From Candidatus Bathyarchaeota archaeon (lineage in GTDB: Archaea; Thermoproteota; Bathyarchaeia; Bathyarchaeales; Bathycorpusculaceae): a DNA stretch of 64,000 nt. Position 1 is the first letter of the stretch, and each line of letters opens with the position of its first letter. Positions 40,383 to 49,944 of the stretch are shown here, in pieces. The translations under genes and the position numbers were made by a program. The notes under the pieces are model-generated. The model had not been told where the DNA came from, made no database searches, and saw only the letters and a program-made list of their open reading frames with translations. Where the stretch lies: the NCBI GenBank assembly GCA_963768425.1, contig CAVYHV010000030.1:32001-96000 (forward strand), given 5' to 3'.

Positions 40383-41237
40383 ATGAATGCGAAGGGAAAA
40401 GTGGAGGCGTTTTCTGACTTGCTCAAACCAGAGCTCCCATTAGCAGCGGGCATTTGCGTGATAGCTGGCGAAATCATTTCGTCTGGTAACCTGCCAACAT
40501 TTGCTCAGCTACTTCTAGGTTTTCTAACAGGCTTCTTTATTTCAGGAACAGCCATGATTACTAATGATTACTTCGACTTATCTGTAGACAAAATCAACCA
40601 CCCTGACAGGCCGCTGCCATCGGGGCGAATCACTGTTTTTGAGCTAACCCTAGTTGAAGGCTTGTTTTCTTTTGCTGGGTTTCTAGCGGCTGCACTCTTG
40701 AATTTAACCCTGCTCATTGTAGCTTTAGTCATATGGACAATCGGTCTCCTTTACAATTGGCGGATTAAGGAAACAGGGCTGCTTGGAAATATGATAGTTG
40801 CTTTTTCAGTGGCCAGCACTTTTGTTTTCGGAGGGCTGGTGGTAGGCGGTTTGTTTAGTGGTATTGTTTGGACTTTTGGTAGTTTAGCGTTCTTGTTCGA
40901 TTTAGGCGAGGAGATTGCCGGCGGTGCCATGGACATTGAAGGCGACAAGCTACGGCATGCTCGAAGTCTAGCCATTCTTAAAGGAAGGAATTTCGCTTTG
41001 CGGGTTTCGGGTTTGCTGTTCGCTGCCTTTGTAAGTTTGAGTTTTCTTCCTTTTTTAGCAGGTTGGCTGGGCAATCTTTATCTTGCTTTAGTGGCAGCCT
41101 CGGATCTAGGTGTTGTTTACTTCACTTTTAGGTTGTTAACAAGCCAGACCCCGCGAGAAGGAAGAAAAAGAATCCGCGAACTCTACCTCACGCTAACAAT
41201 CGCTGTCATAGCTATTGTCATTAGTCGGTTGATTTAA
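40383..41237 (+). CDS. UbiA-family prenyltransferase (DGGGP synthase-like)
   Basis: NDYFDLSVDKINHPDRPLPSGRI, GLLGN, EI...MDIEGD. Confidence 0.85.
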   Translation: MNAKGKVEAFSDLLKPELPLAAGICVIAGEIISSGNLPTFAQLLLGFLTGFFISGTAMITNDYFDLSVDKINHPDRPLPSGRITVFELTLVEGLFSFAGFLAAALLNLTLLIVALVIWTIGLLYNWRIKETGLLGNMIVAFSVASTFVFGGLVVGGLFSGIVWTFGSLAFLFDLGEEIAGGAMDIEGDKLRHARSLAILKGRNFALRVSGLLFAAFVSLSFLPFLAGWLGNLYLALVAASDLGVVYFTFRLLTSQTPREGRKRIRELYLTLTIAVIAIVISRLI

Positions 41238-41407
41238 GGAGAGGACCTTGGGCGATATCGAACCGTATTGTTTATCTGGAGGTTTAAGCCCAACCAAAGT
41301 GAATTACCCTACATTTTATTTGCTAAGAAGCAGGAAATAGCAAGAAACAAGCAGAAAACACGCAAAAAGTGCTGGGAGTGGAGCTTCATGTTGTTTCTAT
41401 GCTCTCT

Positions 41408-41870
41408 TTATCGGGCATTTCTTTTCCAAGACATTTTAGGAACTATTGAATTAACGGCATTTTTATAATCTAAATAAACTTTTCCAAACTCTTGTTCTAA
41501 GTACCGCTCTTCCTCAATTATTAGCCTCTTAATCAATACATACATTATGAAGGGCATTATCATCAAGAATAAAACTCCAGTAGCCAAGAACAAACCTGGC
41601 ACAATGAATAAGATCCAAGCAGCATAAACTGGATTTTTGAGTGTAAGCGTATATTCCACCTGTGATGAGCCTTCCATGGTTGAAAGCTTGATGTACTTGA
41701 AAGGTTGCTAAAAACATCAAGTAGAGACCAAACGCAACAACGCCGATTCCGAACCAAAACCTAAATTCATTAAAAGTAAAAACTAATTTTGGGAAAAAAT
41801 AATAATTAGCAAAAATCAGTAAAAGACCCAGTACTAAAGATATGATTGCGAATTTTGGCCGACACCCCAA
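41408..41870 (-). CDS. Isoprenylcysteine carboxyl methyltransferase-family membrane protein, frameshifted
   Basis: LITGGIYA...NPVY and IEEERYLEQEFGKVYLDYK in adjacent frames. Confidence 0.75.
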
Positions 41871-41923
41871 CTCGTCATCCTATTTGGTTCATGCGTTGAC
41901 ATTACTTTGACTAATCTCTGTTT

Positions 41924-42334
41924 TTACGTGACTTCGTGCGCTACCCATTTCTCGTCTATCCAAAGACCGAGGGTTTCCGCCCTAAGACCCCATGACCGAA
42001 CTGTCCATATCGACTCTAGAATTTGTTTCATCTGCGTTGCTTTTTCTACAGGATTTCCGGCGCAGTCATGATGGCCAACAATTACGATATGAACCGAACC
42101 ATGTTTCCCTGTAGAGATTTCAACTCTTCGTTTGATAGATTCAACCGTCGGCTTATCGGTATTTTCAGCTAAAACCCTGATTGGGCCAGGCTCCGTGATC
42201 ATATCAACGTAGTCTACATTGTACTTTTTACGAATGTAGTCGATAACTGGAATCTGCGTTCGCCCATCCATGCAGTTAATAGCGGTAGCAAAACTTCCAT
42301 GGCTCATATACTTACTTCGCCTCACACATTCCAT
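41924..42334 (-). CDS. Putative beta-like carbonic anhydrase
   Basis: CMDGR, DMITEPG and GHHDCAGN zinc-ligand pattern; start probably 42307. Confidence 0.75.
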   Translation of the reverse strand: MECVRRSKYMSHGSFATAINCMDGRTQIPVIDYIRKKYNVDYVDMITEPGPIRVLAENTDKPTVESIKRRVEISTGKHGSVHIVIVGHHDCAGNPVEKATQMKQILESIWTVRSWGLRAETLGLWIDEKWVAHEVT

Positions 42335-42396
42335 GGTTATTACTCAAGTTAAATTTAACGATCCAAAACCTCTTTTCTCCATGGAGTTTGTTATAA

Positions 42397-43098
42397 CTAT
42401 GGGATGGCAAAGTTGAAGGAAACAAAGCCGCCTTGTCCATAGGTAGAAAGCCAAAAAGTATAGTTTCCAGAAGGCAAAGTAGTGTTAAAGTCAAAAATCA
42501 GAGTCTGTTCATCTCCAGGCGGTAACCTGTAAAGAAAATTCATTGTCATATAATGATGCCCCATACCATCTAGCTCTGTAGACTCAACCCAGTCGCTATT
42601 AATTTGTGCCACAATGGTTTGATTGTAAGCTTTAACGAATGCTCTATCAAAATCAATCTCATAATAGTAAAAGGATTTCGCGTCAACTAAAAATGTGAGC
42701 GGATTAGTGCTGTCTACTCTAAAGTTGGTTATTGCGAGTTTCTCCGTTTGTTGGGAGGAGAGAACTAAAGATGATGAAAAAAGCGTGCCAAGAATTAACA
42801 ATGGAATTAGAACAACAGTTAGTATAGCAAAAACAGTCCTGTGCTTCTTGTGAGATTGCATGATAGTACCTATAGTCCCAACTACGAGAAGGGCTGTTCC
42901 AGCTATTATGGTGAAAAAGAAGAAAGAATCAAGTCTAGCCCAATCAAGATACGAGTCACCTAATAATATCTGTACTGACAGAAGCTTAGCCGACCATGTT
43001 TGTTCCCAATAGAAAACTATAAAGAAGATACCTATTAGGACAGCACCTAAAACTGCAAGAATACCGAACAAGAGCTTTGAATTTTTTAACATCAGCAA
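42397..43098 (-). CDS. Hypothetical membrane protein with C-terminal beta domain
   Basis: Three TMs followed by an Ig-like region. Confidence 0.55.
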   Translation of the reverse strand: MLMLKNSKLLFGILAVLGAVLIGIFFIVFYWEQTWSAKLLSVQILLGDSYLDWARLDSFFFFTIIAGTALLVVGTIGTIMQSHKKHRTVFAILTVVLIPLLILGTLFSSSLVLSSQQTEKLAITNFRVDSTNPLTFLVDAKSFYYYEIDFDRAFVKAYNQTIVAQINSDWVESTELDGMGHHYMTMNFLYRLPPGDEQTLIFDFNTTLPSGNYTFWLSTYGQGGFVSFNFAIP

Positions 43099-43161
43099 AT
43101 TTTATCATAGAAGTCGATATAAATTTTCTGAAGTCTCGATTCAGTGACGATAAATGTGCTA

Positions 43162-43196
43162 GTGCAGGGGCGGGATTCGAACCCGCGAACCTCTGC
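43162..43196 (-). repeat. tRNA-Leu 3'-end copy (att-like scar 1)
   Basis: GTGCAGGGGCGGGATTCGAACCCGCGAACCTCTGC: intact T-arm with a compensatory change relative to the 44.8-kb tRNA. Confidence 0.85.
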
Positions 43197-43228
43197 AAAA
43201 TAACTCTACGATTTTAATAATAGGGGCG

Positions 43229-43792
43229 TTAGGGGTTTTTGTTTATTTCGTGGCGTATCCACCAGATGAGGCCTATAGCTGAGGGAACCGCGGCGATGGC
43301 GGCTATCCATATCAGGATTGTAATCATTGACCCGACCACGTAGTTCAGCGTGAAAGTTGATATGGCAGTGTTCCAGTTTCCGTCAACATACACCTTAATG
43401 GCGAATGCGACGAAGAGTAGTGGCGAGATTAAACCGCCCGCGTTTCTGGACCGCGACCCCTTGCCAAAGTTGTATGCGCTTTTTTCCTGTTCTGGCAGTC
43501 TCCGCCACCATTGCCAGGCTATCGCTGCGCCGACGAGAGCTGGAATGCCGACCAGCAGCAGTTCCCAAAAGACAGCGTTCAGGATGAACATCACCACATT
43601 ACCCATAGACCATAAGCCCAAGTTTGAAGGAACCAGATTGGAAGTCTGCGCTTGCCCGGTGAACCATGCAAAGACATAAACTCCTCCGATGCTTGCTGTG
43701 ATACCTACTGCTATGAATATGGCGAGGGCTCTCCAGTGTTTTGAGAGGAACATTTTCCCGCCTGTCTGCGCTGTGGATTGTTGAGTCATCAA
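43229..43792 (-). CDS. Hypothetical Trp-rich membrane protein
   Basis: About four TMs; probably co-transcribed with the upstream DUF996-like gene. Confidence 0.6.
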   Translation of the reverse strand: MMTQQSTAQTGGKMFLSKHWRALAIFIAVGITASIGGVYVFAWFTGQAQTSNLVPSNLGLWSMGNVVMFILNAVFWELLLVGIPALVGAAIAWQWWRRLPEQEKSAYNFGKGSRSRNAGGLISPLLFVAFAIKVYVDGNWNTAISTFTLNYVVGSMITILIWIAAIAAVPSAIGLIWWIRHEINKNP

Positions 43793-43814
43793 ATCCCTCT
43801 CCTACGCCGGTTGT

Positions 43815-44445
43815 TTAGACTGGTGGTTGAGATGGGGAAGCGAGAGTGTTTGCGTATCCTGTCTGCTGCTGGGTGAATTGTTGGTATTGGCGAGATTTCA
43901 TGCTGAAGAAACCCATGGTGACAAATATCCAGGCGACGAATATCAGTACCAACCCGACGAGCACGATGGTAAGTATTGATCCAATCCAAAGTAGAGTGCC
44001 TGCCGTCGCAAACGATGATTCACCGGATTTTTGGGCGAGCGAGTCAAGTGCTCTTTTCAGATGCGATGCCGCGAGGACGTAGAATACGAAGGCGACAACT
44101 AGGCCAGCCAGTAAAGCCGCGACGCCGACGCCGAACCCGACTGTGGGAACGAAGTTTTTGAATGTGAAGTCTGTTGCCGATGCGACGCCAATCATGACTG
44201 CCACTATGGCTGCTGCCGCTGCAACAACCGCTACCACGTAGAATTTCACGCCTGTGAGCGTGTTCTGGTAGACGTTTTGGTCTTGATAGTATTTTGAGAG
44301 TTCCTTCATTCCGATGACAAGAAGGACCACTCCTACTATTGCTAATACCCAGCCGGGCGTAGGGAACAAAGCCCAATAAAAGAAGGATTGCTCCGACGCC
44401 AGCCAACGTTTTACTGTGTTCGAAACTTTCATTCATCATATTCAT
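43815..44445 (-). CDS. DUF996-like membrane protein, frameshift near 44360
   Basis: KTLAGVGAIL; LAIVGVVLLVIGMKELS.YY; FATAGTLLWIGSILTIVLVG. Confidence 0.75.
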
Positions 44446-44495
44446 TTTTTATGCCTCCATTTTTTCTGTGAAGGCATAGGTATGGTCATGCGCGG

Positions 44496-44559
44496 TATAG
44501 CCCTAACTTTTGGAATTATAGCTCTAACAATTAGACCTGTAAACTCTAACAGTTAGAGT
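44496..44559. promoter_or_regulatory. Tandem palindromic operator array upstream of the DUF996 operon
   Basis: CTCTAACAATTAGAC (44522), perfect ACTCTAAC-A-GTTAGAGT (44543) and half-site CCCTAAC (44501), spaced 21-22 bp. Confidence 0.55.
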
Positions 44560-44813
44560 CGCAAAAGCCAACATTGTGAAGCCTGAAGGCCGCGTCTTTC
44601 GACCAAACTTGCAAAATCAAAATGCGGTTGTGCATGGGGTTAGATCTAAACCCAAGTCTAAATTTAACGAGCAAAACCCTAATCGCTCTAACTATGAAAG
44701 TGTTCGTCCGATATTTTTCAAGGTAAATCCGGCGAGATTTAAACCAAAGACGAATTCAGGGTCGTCCAATCCATGGCAACGCTTTTAGAAACAGGCAGAA
44801 AATAAGCAAAAAG

Positions 44814-44898
44814 TGCAGGGGGTGGGATTTGAACCCACGAACGCCTGCGCGATAGGGTCCTAAGCCCTACTCCTTTGACCAGACTTGGAGACCCCTGC
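44814..44898 (-). tRNA. trnL: tRNA-Leu(TAG), no intron, CCA not encoded
   Basis: Cloverleaf GCAGGGG/CCCCTGC-A, anticodon arm TAGGG-CTTAGGA-CCCTA, long variable arm, T-arm GTGGG-TTCAAAT-CCCAC. Confidence 0.96.
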
Positions 44899-45151
44899 AC
44901 CTGTTTTTGTTGATTCGAGTATTCTTTGTCTTGCTAATTTATTAACATGAAGTGTTGTCAGCGGGCAAAAGCGAAACGATGTTGCATTTTTCTTTAATGG
45001 CAAGCGAAAACCGCATTTTTTGTTTCATTGGCTTTTTTCATTTTCAGTCTACTCTCCACTGCTATGAAGTGTCGTTTCCGATGATACCTTAAAAGGCTGA
45101 ACGGTTTACTTTGGTTTCCTCGTTGGGTTTCGAAACGTTGGGTTTGGCAAG

Positions 45152-45466
45152 GTGTGTGTTATGTCGGAGGATCAAGGGAATTTAGATGAGCTCATAGTGA
45201 TGGAGCGTGAAGTGATGGCTGAATTGAAAAAGATGTTCGGTGATCCGGCGCTTTCAACTTTGGAGAGGGTTCGGGTTGCTAATGCTCTTGCTTATCACGC
45301 TGTGGTTTTGAATAGGCTTCAATCGAAAAAAGGTGAGGACTCCTTGTTTGATGAGGATAATTTGGGCGATTTTGTTGCTGGAGCCCACTATGCAGATGGG
45401 CCGATGCGTAGACGGATTAGAAGGGACTTTAGAGATTGGACGAGACGAATTTCGTTGAAAAAGTAA
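45152..45466 (+). CDS. Small helical protein overlapping the terminase gene; candidate terminase small subunit
   Basis: About 100 aa, amphipathic helices, overlaps the TerL start by 31 nt; function inferred from position only. Confidence 0.55.
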   Translation: MCVMSEDQGNLDELIVMEREVMAELKKMFGDPALSTLERVRVANALAYHAVVLNRLQSKKGEDSLFDEDNLGDFVAGAHYADGPMRRRIRRDFRDWTRRISLKK

Positions 45467-46899
45467 CAAACGACATGGAGTTTACAGCTTCGGTATGTGA
45501 GGGTTTACTGCAGAAACCTAAAGCGCTAAAACAGCTGGTGGCCTACAAAGAAGTTACTGACAAACTGATCAAAGACCCAGTGTTTTTCGCAGTGTTAATG
45601 TGCGGCGACAAATGGCTTACTCAAGCGCCTGAGCACCAGAAACTTCTTCGAGACGTCAACTCAAAACAGGTTGCGGTCTGCGGCAGAGGATGGGGCAAGA
45701 GCCGCGTCTTTAGCCGAAAAAATCTCTGGTTACTCTACACTAAACCCAAAATAGAAAGTTTGATAGTAAGCAGCACTCAGCGCCAATCGATGATTATGTT
45801 TGACTACTGCTACTCAACCATCATGTCCAATCCACTGCTAAGAGAGATGGTTCAAAGACCCGGAACAACCCACACAATAATAAAACTGAAACCGCCCTTA
45901 GGCGGCCGAATAGTTGCTTTGCCCTGCTCAAAAGACAAACTCAGAGGATACCACCCAGACTACATCTTCATTGACGAAGCATCGATTGTTCCAAGCGAAA
46001 TGATAACAAGCGAAATAATGATGATGCTAACAAAGCCAAAAGCAAGCTTAATCATGGGTGGAACGCCCATGGGGTCAGACCATGTTTTTCGCAAAGCCTT
46101 TCTAGATTCAAAACGTTACAGCGTACATCATTACGCAAGCTACCAAAGCCCCCTTGTCAGCGAAACGCAACTAGACGAGTGGAAAGAAGTAATGACCCGT
46201 GAAGAATGGCAACGTGAGGTTGAAGCAATGTGGGTAGAATCCACGCACACGTTCTTTTCTATGGATCTGATTGTGGGCTGCGTCGATCCTGACTTAGGTG
46301 CATCCAACGCTTACATTGAGGACATGGAAAAAGCTAAGCCGGAGCAGCTTAGAGGACAATTTTACGCTGGCTTAGACTTGGGCAAACAAATCGACTACAG
46401 TGTACTGGCAATTGTACAGAGGTTTGACAGCGGCGAAGTAAAGCTTGTGCATAAACGTCAACTGCCGCTTGGCACCAATTACCCCCAAGTCATCGGCTAC
46501 GTAGCTAGGGCAAGCCAAATCTTCCATTTTGAAAGGATAAACGTGGACAAAGGCGGAATAGGCGACGCCATAGTAGACGAATTACGCAAAGCCAACATAT
46601 ACGGTGTCGAAGGCATTTTCTTCACCGACACAGAAAAAGAAAACATGCTAAACACCCTTAAACTTTTCATGGAAAAAAGAATGCTAAAGATCACTGCAGA
46701 TGACAAAGCGCTAATCGCGCAAATCAACGAGCAGCAATATGAGTATCTGCAGCCTAAAACAGCCCAGGAATGCATACACCTCAAATTTTGGCATCCGCAG
46801 GGAAAACACGACGATCAACTGATGGCTCTAGCATTAGCTTGCCGTGCAGCTTCAAGAGCAGCGCCACCCGGTCGAGGCGCCGTTATGGGCGGAGATTGA
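45436..46899 (+). CDS. terL: Phage terminase large subunit-like protein (ATPase plus RNase H-like nuclease)
   Basis: Walker A CGRGWGKS, LRGYHPD, Walker B IFIDEA, coupling motif GTPMG, nuclease AGLDLG, VDKGGIG, HDDQLMALALA. Confidence 0.9.
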   Translation: MDETNFVEKVTNDMEFTASVCEGLLQKPKALKQLVAYKEVTDKLIKDPVFFAVLMCGDKWLTQAPEHQKLLRDVNSKQVAVCGRGWGKSRVFSRKNLWLLYTKPKIESLIVSSTQRQSMIMFDYCYSTIMSNPLLREMVQRPGTTHTIIKLKPPLGGRIVALPCSKDKLRGYHPDYIFIDEASIVPSEMITSEIMMMLTKPKASLIMGGTPMGSDHVFRKAFLDSKRYSVHHYASYQSPLVSETQLDEWKEVMTREEWQREVEAMWVESTHTFFSMDLIVGCVDPDLGASNAYIEDMEKAKPEQLRGQFYAGLDLGKQIDYSVLAIVQRFDSGEVKLVHKRQLPLGTNYPQVIGYVARASQIFHFERINVDKGGIGDAIVDELRKANIYGVEGIFFTDTEKENMLNTLKLFMEKRMLKITADDKALIAQINEQQYEYLQPKTAQECIHLKFWHPQGKHDDQLMALALACRAASRAAPPGRGAVMGGD

Positions 46900-46950
46900 A
46901 CCGCAAAAACCAAAACAAAAACTATGGGAAATATTTGAAGGAGAAAAAAA

Positions 46951-47191
46951 CATGGGGAAGGTACTTTCATTCGGAATATTAGAGTTTGATGGCGAAAAAA
47001 TATCGTATTCTTACTGCAGAGGTGAAAAAATACCAAACAGCGACGAATACAACAATTACATAGAAACATATTATGGCGGTCGAATTTGCGTTGATGACCA
47101 TGGATTCGGTTTAGACCATGCAATCAATTTGCTGAAAAATGAAATTTCAACTCGTAAGTCAAATCAGAAAGGTCTCCGACCGGAGAGGTAG
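46951..47191 (+). CDS. Hypothetical small protein
   Basis: GGAG Shine-Dalgarno then MGKVLSFGILEF...; part of ORF 46844-47191. Confidence 0.45.
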
Positions 47192-47276
47192 GTTCTCTCT
47201 TGTGTGTACAAGCCGACCGGTCGGTCAATGTATATACACTTTGTTGATACAGTTTGTTGATACAGGTGACTTGGGT

Positions 47277-47616
47277 TTGGCTAAGATGCTTAAAGCGTTT
47301 AGATTTAGTCCTCAACTTTACGGAAGTTTTAGAGAATTAGCGTCAAGAAATGGCTATACAGTAACTTCAGCTTTTGAAAAATTCATGTCCAAATCGCTCG
47401 AATACGGTCTGGTCTTTCCATCAGCCCCTAAAATCGAAAATGTGGAACCAGAGGCTCGAGTTATGCTTGCTTGGCTTAAAGACGGCAAGTACTGGGTTAG
47501 TCTTGGAGGCAAAACTGAGACCAGCACACGGGGGCGTCTTTTGCAACTATTACCTAACGTTGAAGATGCGGACTTAAGGCTCGATATTGAAGAGACACTG
47601 AAAAAAGAAGCCGTAG
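47277..47616 (+). CDS. Putative ribbon-helix-helix-type DNA-binding protein
   Basis: GGTGA Shine-Dalgarno; N-terminal KAFRFSPQLY..FRELA..NGYTVTSAFEKFM strand-helix-helix pattern; true stop probably TAG 47614-47616 after a poly-A indel. Confidence 0.5.
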
Positions 47617-47703
47617 TACGGGAAAACATTTTGGTTTTTGCCAGCTTTTCGACCGTAAGCATTTTATTGGCTAGGAGCGTTGTTTCACCGAATACAGATA
47701 CGC

Positions 47704-47780
47704 GCCTTCGTAGCCTAGCCCGGTGGGGCGTTACCTTGGTAAGGTAATGGTCGCGGGTCCAAATCCCGCCGAAGGCTCCA
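47704..47780 (+). tRNA. trnT: tRNA-Thr(GGT), CCA encoded
   Basis: GCCTTCG/CGAAGGC-T-CCA, anticodon arm TTACC-TTGGTAA-GGTAA, T-arm GCGGG-TCCAAAT-CCCGC. Confidence 0.95.
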
Positions 47781-47801
47781 ATTCTCAAAAAATGCATATA
47801 T

Positions 47802-48056
47802 ATGCATATGCACATAGAAAGTGCCATGACTAAAGTCATATCTCTCTCCAACGAAGCATATCAGACTCTTAAGGAATCCAAAAAACCCGGTGAGTCTTTT
47901 TCAGACGTAGTTCTTAGAATCGCAAAGAAGAAGAAAAAGAAGTCACTTTTGGAGTTTTCAGGCAAATGGGTGGGCGACGATGCCGATGAAGTGCTTTCAC
48001 AGATAATGAAGGACAGAGAGAGGTCAGCTTACGAAAAGGTCGACTTATTTCCGTGA
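47802..48056 (+). CDS. vapB: VapB-type antitoxin (DUF217-like)
   Basis: TKVISLSNEAYQTLK..KKPGESFSDVVLR; start probably 47826. Confidence 0.88.
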   Translation: MHMHIESAMTKVISLSNEAYQTLKESKKPGESFSDVVLRIAKKKKKKSLLEFSGKWVGDDADEVLSQIMKDRERSAYEKVDLFP

Positions 48057-48440
48057 TTCTTGACACTGACGCGCTAATTGCACTCTTGAACGGTGAATCT
48101 GCAGCAGACGAAGCAGTTCGTCATCTGGAAGAAAAAGATGATAAAGTTGCGACCACAATTATTTCGGCATATGAACTTCTAAGGGGAGCCCATATTTCAT
48201 CTGAACCGGAGAAACCTAGCCGAAGCTCGCGAGTTGTTATCAAACATAGAGATTTTGGACTTGACACTGCAAGCCTGCGAAGAAGCTTCGAAAATTTACT
48301 GCGATCTTCGGAAGAAAGGTTGCTTGATCGGCGAAAACGACATGCTTGTGGCAGGAATTGCAAAAGCGCATGCCGACGCAGTTATGACGCGAGATACACA
48401 TTTTAAGCTTATTTCAGCGATAACTGCAGTTGAATGGTAG
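48053..48440 (+). CDS. vapC: VapC PIN-domain toxin, frameshift near 48210
   Basis: ILDTDALI, ISAYEL..G; shifted frame continues LRKKG.LIGENDMLVAGIA...MTRD.HF. Confidence 0.85.
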
Positions 48441-48538
48441 CATAGCTGCTTGAGGAGCATTTACTAATCACAACATATTTGCAGCCGAACGGTTACCCAA
48501 AGGTTTTCACTTCGGGACCTTGCACGAACGATGAGCAT

Positions 48539-49305
48539 TCAAGCTTGGCAGGAAATGTCAACTTCGCCCAAAGTTGCAGAGGCCAACTCGTTGGGAAAGT
48601 CAAAGATGCTGATCAGCTGATTGAGCTCGGTTACCATTTCATGCGGTTTAATGATAGAGTTAATAGCGGTTCTTCGCATGATCTGCACTGATGTTAGTCC
48701 AGCGTTTCTTGCGCCCGCGATGTCGGTTTCAAGCGTGTCTCCCACGAATAGCGCTTTTGCAGGTTGGACGCCTAAGTGTTGAAGCGCCATGCTAAAAATC
48801 TGGGGATGAGGCTTGCGGAGGTTTATGTCTCCGCTGACAATTATGAGGTCCAAGTGTCTGTTGAGTTCAAAGCGTTCCACGAGTTCCCAAGCGAACTCGG
48901 AAAAAGTCAAGTTGGAAATTACTGCTGTTTTGCATCTTTTGTGGAGAAACTCTAAGACTTCGAGCGCTTGGGGATCTAGTGAAATGTGTTGTGCGAATTC
49001 CTTGGAGAACTCTTTGGCAGCTTGCATCGCCAGATGGGTTTGTGCTTTGAGCTTTGCCCCCAAGCTGGCTAGAAACTCGCTCGACATAAATTGAAAAATG
49101 CGGCTCTTCGAGCGTGCAGGCTGTTTCGGCGCTGATTTCTTTTTCAACTATCATGTAAGCCGATTTGAAATCGCCAAAAGAGCAATCAAGACCATTGCGT
49201 GAGAGGTAGGTATGCATCATAAGGAGGCTTTGGGCGAGTGAGATATTGTAGTCGTCTATTAGAACTAGAGTGTCGAATAGGTCAAACAAGACAGCTTCAA
49301 AACAT
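48539..49305 (-). CDS. HAD-superfamily hydrolase, frameshifted
   Basis: AVLFDLFDTLV motif I; ISN, RKPHPQIF, FVGDTLETDIAGARNAG. Confidence 0.85.
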
Positions 49306-49534
49306 GGTTTAAAACCGTATTGCGGCTCGCCCCTTTGGGCATTTGAGGGGTTTTTGTTGCATTGCTGATTCTTGCTTGACAGTAGACATGAAGTATGTAA
49401 GTCCTGGCGAAAATATAGGAGTTTATTCCGTATTATATAGAGATGACCCGAAACTATGATAATTTCATTGATGCAATCAAGGAACAAAGAGAAATTGTTT
49501 TCTTAACTAAAGTCTGCATACTTCTTCGAACTTA

Positions 49535-49756
49535 TCATGACCTGAGTGTGCTTATCTGGCGGATTTTATAGTTTGCTGCAAATTCTTCCCAAGATCTGTT
49601 TGTGTCATAATATGCTTCTCTTGAGGGTTCAAATGAAGAATTAAGATGACAATTATCGCAAAAAACAATTACTATATTTTCGTACGTTTTTCTATGTATT
49701 GAAAAACTTTGTTTACCGCATTCTGGACAAACAAAAAGCCTACTTGTAATTTCCAA
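49535..49756 (-). CDS. Elf1-like zinc-ribbon protein
   Basis: FVCPECGK...VFCDNCHL. Confidence 0.5.
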   Translation of the reverse strand: MEITSRLFVCPECGKQSFSIHRKTYENIVIVFCDNCHLNSSFEPSREAYYDTNRSWEEFAANYKIRQISTLRS

Positions 49757-49944
49757 AGAGCCACTTCTCCCGATTGCCCACTTTATCCTGAATCGTATTT
49801 AACTTTTTCCTAAACAAATCGTAAAAGCATCGGCACTTCTGTGTTTCCCATCAAAGCATTCAAACAGAACAGCTACTGTAACAGTATCACAACACCAGTA
49901 ACATTAATATTTTACTCTACACTCAAAAATACTCGGTCACCGAG

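Noticed and set aside
41238-41266. Possible additional tRNA scar GGGCGATATCGAACC
   Set aside because: Match too short and weak to distinguish from chance.
47139-47747. 202-aa ORF running into tRNA-Thr
   Set aside because: The overlap with a tRNA is better explained by a poly-A indel near 47601 and a later start.
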